Assembly: GCF_036321535.1 (NCBI RefSeq)
Contig: NC_087436.1
Span: 15,500,001-15,564,000 of the forward strand
DNA: 64,000 nucleotides
Direction: 5' to 3'
DNA from: Camelus dromedarius
Lineage: Eukaryota
The notes under the pieces were generated by a model that worked only from the letters and a program-made list of their open reading frames with translations, was not told the DNA's origin and made no database searches. A program made the position numbers and the translations under genes. Below are positions 62,360 through 64,000 of this stretch, piece by piece (the first letter of the stretch is position 1; each line of letters begins with the position of its first letter).

Positions 62360-62700
62360 GGGGAACTACTGGTATTTGGGGTGGAATAATTTTTCACTAT
62401 GTGGAACTCTCCTGCACATTGCAAGAAGTTTAACATACCTGCTCCCTACCAGGAAGTGTTGCCAGGAGTGTTCCCAGGTGTGTGACAACCAAAAATGCCC
62501 CTGCACATTCCTGAACATCCCCTAATGCCTTGATACTCAAAAAATGTTAGAGAGATTGTTAGAGATGCAAAAAAAAAAAAAAAGTAAGGCACACCCCCAA
62601 ACCCAGGGAATCTGAAACTGCATTTGAACAAGATCTCCAGTGCTTGGTCATCACACAGAAGTGTGAGAAGCAGTGTAGGACCACCTGCTGAGAACCATTT
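62360..62700. mobile_element. Degenerate hAT MITE pieces (MER20/MER5-like)
   Basis: gtgacaaccaaaaatg, ttgttagagatgca and ctgagaacca motifs. Confidence 0.45.
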
Positions 62701-62914
62701 CCCTGGAGAAACTCTATAAATCAGAAGGCATGTACTGAAAGGTTCAGACTAGAGATGCTAACAATTTGCAAAGCAGTTCTACTTCTGACTGAAAATCAGT
62801 AAATTAGAGCATTTCTGAAAAATGGAGTTCACATCCAGTAAGATGCAGGGTCAAATGGTAGATGAGCAAAGTTCCAACAAAATTGTTTGCACCCCTCAAA
62901 GCATCCTTGCCTGA

Positions 62915-64000
62915 GAGAAAGAAATAAAAGGGATCCAAATTGGAAAAGAAGAGGTAAAAGTGTCATTATATGCTGATGACATGTTACTATATATAGAAAA
63001 CCCTAAAAGGTCCACACAAAAGCTACTAGAGCTGATTGAAGAATTCAGCAAGGTAGCAGTTTACAAAATTAACGTTCAAAAATCAGTTGCATTTCTTTAC
63101 ACTAACGATAAATCAACAGAAAAAGAAAGTAAAGAAACAATCCCCTTTAAAATAGCACCCAAAGTAATAAAATATCTGGGAATAAATCTAACCAAGGAGG
63201 TGAAAGAATTATACACAGAAAACTATAAACCATTGATGAAGGAAATTAAAGAAGACTTTAAAAAATGGAAAGATATTCCATGCTCTTGGATTGGAAGAAT
63301 CAATATTGTTAAAATGGTCACACTGCCCAAGGCAATCTACAGATTTAATGCAATACCTATCCAATTACCCAGGACATATTTCACAGAACTAGAACAAATC
63401 ATAATAAAATTTATATGGAACCATCAAAGACCTAGAATTGCCAAAGCATTACTGAAGAGAAAGAAAGAGGCTGGAGGAATAACTCTCCCAGACTTCAGAC
63501 AACACTATAGAGCTACAGTCATCAAGACAGCATGGTATTGGTACCAAAACAGACATATAGACCAATGGAACAGAATAGAGAGCCCAGAAATGAACCCACA
63601 AACTTTTGGTCAACTCATCTTTGACAAAGGAGGCAAGAATATACAATGGAATAAAGACAGTCTCTTCAGCAAATGGTGTTGGGAAAACTGGACAGCAGCA
63701 TGTAAAACAATGAAGCTAGAACACTCCCTTACACCATATACAAAAATCAACTCAAAATGGATTAAAGACTTAAACATAAGACAAGATACAATAAACCTCC
63801 TAGAGGAAAACATAGGCAAAACATTATCTGACATACATCTCAAAAATTTTCTCCTAGAAGAAATAAAAGCAAGAATAAACAAATGGGACCTAATGAAACT
63901 TACAAGCTTCTGCACAGCAAAGGAAACCAGAAGTAAAACAAGAAGAAAACCTACGGAATGGGAGAAAATTTTTGCAAGTGAAACCGACAAAGGCTTGATC
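62915..64000 (+). mobile_element. Young 5'-truncated L1; ORF2 RT/C-terminal region with an open frame running off the window
   Basis: My manual translation gives [30 protein letters not shown]...KYLGINLT...[13 protein letters not shown]...[14 protein letters not shown]: 362 codons with no stop, and YADD at 62969-62980. Confidence 0.93.

Noticed and set aside
1..64000. CRISPR array, operon or other prokaryotic/viral system
   Set aside because: No repeat-spacer periodicity, gene-dense region or ERV internal genes; the window is mammalian intronic and intergenic DNA.

Overview
This is mammalian genomic DNA, very probably from a camelid: it carries five tRNA-Ala-derived Vic-1-type SINEs and cetartiodactyl-type L1 3' UTRs, and I recognised no Bov-A/BovB, PRE-1 or CAN SINEs. 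I found no intact protein-coding exon. A CpG-island promoter at about 37.4-39.1 kb has two minus-strand splice donors, so 1-37.6 kb is probably the long first intron of an unidentified minus-strand gene; a candidate acceptor lies at 18-17. The rest is repeat-rich: L1 of several ages, L2, MIR, MaLR/ERVL/ERV1 solo LTRs, and hAT and Tigger MITEs. There is also an LDHB processed pseudogene and a U6 snRNA retrocopy. The most notable observations are: (1) the LDHB retrocopy keeps an in-frame readthrough extension ending in the peroxisomal signal SRL; (2) an L1 3' transduction; (3) a young L1 ORF2 fragment with 362 uninterrupted codons that the ORF track missed; (4) a MER41-like LTR with a perfect GAS site; (5) a triple CACGTGAC cluster; and (6) an exon-like segment upstream of the promoter that is open on both strands. 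I do not see a new biological system here. Repeat family names come from remembered consensus sequences, not a database search, and boundaries of old repeats are approximate.
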